Shown here piece after piece: positions 37,294 to 42,758 of a stretch of 42,758 bases of DNA. The stretch covers positions 1-42,758 of the forward strand of contig JYFJ02003376.1 in the NCBI GenBank assembly GCA_000934665.2. The letters run 5' to 3'. Source of the DNA: Catajapyx aquilonaris (Eukaryota). Every line of letters begins with the position of its first letter. The first letter of the stretch is position 1. The position numbers and the translations under genes are program-made. The notes beneath the pieces are model-generated. The model was not told where the DNA came from, made no database searches, and worked only from the letters and a program-made list of their open reading frames with translations.

Positions 37294-40200
37294 ATGGCCG
37301 GATCTGGATTCCTCCTGATCTTACTGGCCTCCGGGTGTTTGGTGGTACAGGGTGTCACGTATGTTGCTGACAGGAGAAGATCTGCGAGGCAACTGGCCGT
37401 CGAGGGCACCAGGCAACACAAGCACCATTCGGTCATACCCTTCGTCATCAGGGAGTACCAGGATGAAGAAGTGAGTCTGTTCATGATCGCATGTGTTTAC
37501 ATCCATACCTGTGGAGACATGCCACAAAAATATTGGAGCCACCTTCGAGAAAACGCAAAATATTATCGCCAATATTAGTGTGCTTTTGCCTATGTGTTTG
37601 AAGGAAAGAGGCAAAGCCACTATGTATAACAAATATAATATAATACAGTGTAATATCACCAAATATTATAATATAATATATAGTGTAATATCACCAAATA
37701 TTATAATATAATATATAGTGTAATATCACCGGCAAATATTATATAATATGTAGTGTAATATCACCAAATATCATAATATAATATATAGTGTAATATCACC
37801 AAATATTATAATGAAAAATTTAAACTACTAATGAAAAGTAACTTATAATGTAACAATGTAATGATGTAATCATACCAGATATCAATGTAATCAAATAATA
37901 ACGCTGAATAAAATATAACAATAATACAACGCAATATAATAAAACACCAATCCCATATATTTAATGCAATAATAATACAGCACAATATAACAAGTAAATA
38001 AATACCGTCTGAATGACAGTTATTAATTTTTGTTAATGTATATATTTGTCATTTATTCTACTGTAAGTGATATATTAGTATTTTATTAGTTTTATTATAT
38101 ATATTCGTTTGCATTGATTATTTATTTACCTGTATTAGTATTTATTTCCTATTGCTTATTATTTCTTATCGCGTATTATTTATATTTTAGTAGCTTGCTA
38201 TATATTATTTCATAATTAGCTATCATTTATTATCAGCTATATATTTTCTAGGGTAATTAGCATCAATCATTAGTTATTGACGTCAATTATTATTAGTTAT
38301 GAATAGTTATTCGGTTATTAATATAATATTTTTCCAGGCGGAGAGATTTCTGCAAGCTTGCCAAGTTGGAGATTTGCAAACTGTGAAGAGATTGGCTGAG
38401 AGAAGGGGCCTGCTGGCCATGGTAGGGGTCAAGGATGGCTTCGGGGACAGCTGCATCCACCTGGCGGCCAAGGAGGGTCACCAGCAGATCTTGAGCCACC
38501 TTCTGACCTCGGGTTGGCCCGTGGACCAGAAGGGCTACTGGGGAGGGACACCTCTGCACAAGGCCAGCAAGGGAGGTCACCTGTTCGCTGCCACGCTTCT
38601 GGTCAGGTCAGGGGCCAGGGTCAGGTCGAGGGACGAGGGAGGAGACGGGCCTCTGCACGTGGCCGCCATCGCGGGTCACGTGAGGGTCGTCGACCTCCTG
38701 CTGAGAGAGGGGGCAAGGGTCGACGACCGGGGCGAGTTTGACCGTACCCCTCTGCATTGGGCGGCCCTCAATGGTCGGCTTGACCTGACCCAGCTCCTGT
38801 TGGCATCCGGAGCTGACCGGACCTTAGTTGACCAGTTCGGGAAGGTGCCTCGAGATTGGGCTGTCATTTGGGGTCACTCCCACGTGGTCGTTCTCCTGGA
38901 GGCCAGTCCTGGAGTAGTGTTGGCTTCGACCCCAGCACCCGCCATCACCACCAGGCCTCCAACTACCACCCGTGCTCCAACTACCACCCGTTCTGCTCCA
39001 ACTACTACCACCCGTGCTCCTGTAGTGCCATCGTCCACGCAAATTCCGGTAGAGCCAGCCGCCAACAGTGAGGAACAAGTAAGCATTGTTAGCACTGACA
39101 CGCTGGTCACCCACTGAATCCTCCTATAACGCAAGTCACGATAACTGTAGCGCTGGCTCTCATAATATAAATAAAGGTATCAATATACTGTACGTAATGA
39201 ATAACCAATAACAAGTAACTTACAAAACCAATAACTATTATTATTATTTATTGGTTATTATTTAGGGGTTATAATAATAATAACCCCTAAATAATAACCA
39301 CCAAATAATAACTAATAAATAATCTACAAATAACTCATATGTAATAAGTAACTAAAGTACGGTAATTAATAACAAGCAAATAAGTTATGTAATACGTAAA
39401 TAACTGATAAAATACATAACTAATAATCACCAATAACTGATAAAATACATAACTAATAATCACCAATAACTGATAAAATACATAACTAATAATCACCAAT
39501 AACTGATAAAATACATAACGAATAATCACCAATAACTAATAAAATACATAACTAATAATAAACAATAACTAATGAAGAATCCATAACTAATTTAATAGTT
39601 AATAACTACAGTAATAATAAGCAATAACTAATAAATAATACATAACAAATTTATTAGTAATAACTAATAATAAGCGATAACTAATAATAAGCAATAACTA
39701 ATAAAGAATCCATGATTAATTTATTAGTAATAAGACTAATAACTAATAATAAACAATAACAAATGAATAATAAATAATGAATAACTAGTGAATAATGAAT
39801 AATGTCATTTGTATTTTCACCAGGCGAAGAAGGATTGGTTGTCTGCTTGCCGAACAGGTGACATGGATGTGGTGACCAAGACCATGGAGACCTATGGCCT
39901 GAGGGCTGTCCGGAGGTGGAAGAACGAGTGGAAGAACGCGTGCATGATCATCGCTGCTTGGAATGGTCGAGAGGCTGTGGTCACCTACCTGCTGAGCCAA
40001 GGATGGCCCGTGGACCAGCGGGGAAGGGACGGTCGGACTGCCCTTCACTGGGCGGCCAAAGGCGGCCACATGTCCATGGTCAGGGCGCTGGTTGAAGGGG
40101 CAGGGGCGGACCCAAGGGCCAAGGACGAGTACGGAGAGGAGCCGGTGCACTGGGGGGCAGAAGATGGACACGAGCAGGTGGTCAGGTACTTTCTGAAGGA

Positions 40201-42167
40201 AAAGGACGTCCCGGTTGATGCCCGGGGATTGAAGGAGAGGACACCCCTCCAAAAGGCAGCGGAACACGGACGGGTGGAGGTGGCCCGGCTGCTCCTGGCC
40301 CTAGGGGCAGACCCACACGCCAAGGACCAGGAAGGAAAGACGCCTCTGGACTGGGCTAAAGAGAAGGGACACGAAACACTCGTCAAACTTCTGGAGGTAC
40401 AGTATGCACACGAGTTATCTGTATGGCTTTTGGGTGACCGCACCAGTATACTGTCCGTCTTGTGCGCCGCAAGCCGATGAACGTTATTGTGGCTTTGCCA
40501 ATATGCCATGGATGCAACCCGTTGCCATTTTTACATGAATTATTCATAATAATGGTTAGTTCTCACCACACATTGAGTTTGACCCCTGTTTGACCCGCAG
40601 GTCAAGGACAACTTTTTGCGTGGGTGCGGAGAGGGCAGCTTAGAACTGGTGGCTGAGAGTGTGAACGAGATGGGAGGTGTGGAGGGGATGCTGGGTTGGA
40701 AGAACAAGTGGGACAACCCGGGTTTGCACATTGCTGGGTGGAAAGGTCACGATCAGGTCATATCGTACCTGTTGAGTCAAGGTTGGCCTCCGAACCACAG
40801 GGGCAGGGAGGGAAAGACGGCTCTGTTCTGGACGGTCAAGGGAGGTCACCTGACCCCGTCCGTGACCCTGATTCGAGCAGGGGCAGAGGTCAGGGCCAAG
40901 GACGACTTTGAGAACGAGCCGATGCACTGGGCAGCCGAGGAAGGCCAGGTCCAGGCTGCTGACCTCCTGCTGACCGAAGGGGCAGAGGTCAACGCCAAGG
41001 GGTGGAAAGGAAGGACTCCTCTGCACATGGCGGTCAAGGAAGGAAGGGTGGAGATGGTCAAGTTTCTGCTGTCAAAAGGAGCTGACGCCGGGGTCAGGGA
41101 CAGGGAAGGGTTGACCCCGCTGGACTGGGCCAAACGGAACGAAGAAGACGACATCGTCCCTCTTCTTGAGGTCAGGTTAGGGTCATTCACACAGCACCGA
41201 GCAATGGTTCAATTTCCTCTCATTCACAGAGCTCTTCGGCACGTCTGGTGGCTGCCTTACCACTGTCCAGTTCTTCAAGGGTCGGAGGTCATGGAAATGC
41301 ATACTTGAAGGATGACCAGGTGTATGTCTCTAATTGCTCATTGCCCAGGGTGTTGACCAGGACAACTCATGTAGAGAATTGGCTTCAGTCTGTATCTCTG
41401 TTTGTCCGGGACGAGTCTATAGGTGCATGTAGTACTACTACCCCTCGCACGACCCTAAGAGTGGCAGTAGTGTGCTGAGAGGATGTGTCATCTATGTGAG
41501 GGTTGTGGTACTACGTCCACAGTCGGGGAGGCCAGGAAGGGGCTGTCAAAATTTTTGCAAAAGAATAACTCATTCTCATATAAATCTACAGTTTAATAAT
41601 AACTAATATAACTTACGATGACTCATATACAATAATTATCTCATATTTATAATGATTGATATATCATCTCATATTTATTATTATACATTATAAATATGGG
41701 TTATTATATCAATAATTGACATAAATAATTATTGCAGTTACAGTTATTATGATGGGTAATTACATCAATTAGTATGACGGGTTACATTTTCAATTATAAA
41801 TAATTATGGGTTGTAGTAATAATTGAAAATGTAACCCATAATTATTTATAATTGAATAATAATTGATATAATTACCCATCATAAATAACTCTTATAAGAG
41901 CCCATGGTCATAACTAATATAACTCAAAACTCATACTTATAATAACTGATAAGTAATATAATTATCATAATGACTATATAATAAACTCACTGTAACTAAT
42001 ATGATAAATAATAATAACTGATAATAATAACTTTGCAGGATTTGAGGACAGCAGAGCCAATCGGATTGACCATAACGGATGCTCCGTACTATTATTATTA
42101 CCAGAGGACTGACAGTACACTCGATTCAACAGAGGGGACAACAACAATGGTTTATAGACTCACCTAA
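37294..42167 (+). CDS. Predicted secreted ankyrin-repeat protein B (~729 aa, 3 ANK modules plus Pro/Thr linker); join(37294-37470,38338-39078,39824-40396,40601-41170,42039-42167)
   Basis: Signal peptide MAGSGFLLILLASGCLVVQG followed by a basic RRRSAR motif. Three phase-0 ankyrin exons, with a TTRAP/TTRPP mucin-like linker at the end of exon 2. The terminal exon DLRTAEP...YYYYY...YRLT* is followed by AATAAA at 42197. Confidence 0.85.
37630..37812. repeat. ~32-bp AT-rich tandem repeat
   Basis: AGTGTAATATCACCAAATATTATAAT repeated about 5 times. Confidence 0.8.
39399..39560. repeat. 33-bp tandem repeat
   Basis: AATAACTGATAAAATACATAACTAATAATCACC repeated about 5 times. Confidence 0.85.
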
Positions 42168-42758
42168 AGACAACAATAATGCTTGAAGGGGCATGCAATA
42201 AATTATGTTAAACTCTGCATGGTGATGGCAGAGTTGGTTTAGTATAATATTATTTGCAGAGTGTTTTTAGCAGAAGCATTTTTAGGTGAAGGTAACACTA
42301 TTGTTGTTCGTGATGTTGTTAAAAACTTGGCATGATATGCACCTTCTGGAGTGACATCCTGCTGATCACTATAATTATGTAGATGGTGATTTTGTCTCGG
42401 AGTGTTCGTTGTAAAGCTTTAAACAGAGTCGCGGATACACCCTACGACACTTACATCGCTATGTTATTAACACAGTCAAATATACCATGTAAGACAACAG
42501 GTTATACAACGCATGTGCATGTTCTCAAATAAACAGAGCTAATATGTATAAAAAACTCGGACATTTATTACATACACCCTGTACTTATCAGCATTATCAC
42601 TTATCAATGATCATGTTTTCTACCTATTTCAAGTGGAAAAGGCTTCCATTTATATTTATTTATCTTAATCTATAAATGAGGAGAGTTTGTTTGTTTGTCC
42701 CTTATAGAAATCCAGGGGAAAGCCCCTACACCGCCTTAAATTAGCATATCGGGGGTTA

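Noticed and set aside
33570..42167. Bacterial (endosymbiont) horizontal transfer or latrotoxin identity for the ankyrin genes
   Set aside because: The genes have spliceosomal introns and host repeats, and lack a latrotoxin-like large N-terminal domain. An ancient transfer cannot be judged without a phylogeny.

Overview
Eukaryotic, intron-containing DNA, most likely from an arthropod (troponin C type plus an intronless ionotropic receptor); the species cannot be fixed from the sequence. About 4.3-27.8 kb is a tandem array of four complete 6-exon troponin C genes on the minus strand (151-155 aa; EF-hand loops II and IV canonical, I and III degenerate) with signs of patchy gene conversion. Next comes an intronless divergent ionotropic receptor (30771-32747, -). 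It sits head-to-head with two plus-strand genes encoding predicted secreted ankyrin-repeat proteins built from ~190-aa one-exon modules (2 and 3 modules). Other notable items are an orphan 120-aa hydrophobic ORF between two copies of TnC 3'-flank sequence, three different TATCGATA-rich minisatellites in TnC introns, motifs shared by three TnC promoters, and many short non-autonomous elements (tRNA-derived SINEs, MITEs, Helitron-like elements). Exon coordinates were read by hand from splice sites; no database search was run.
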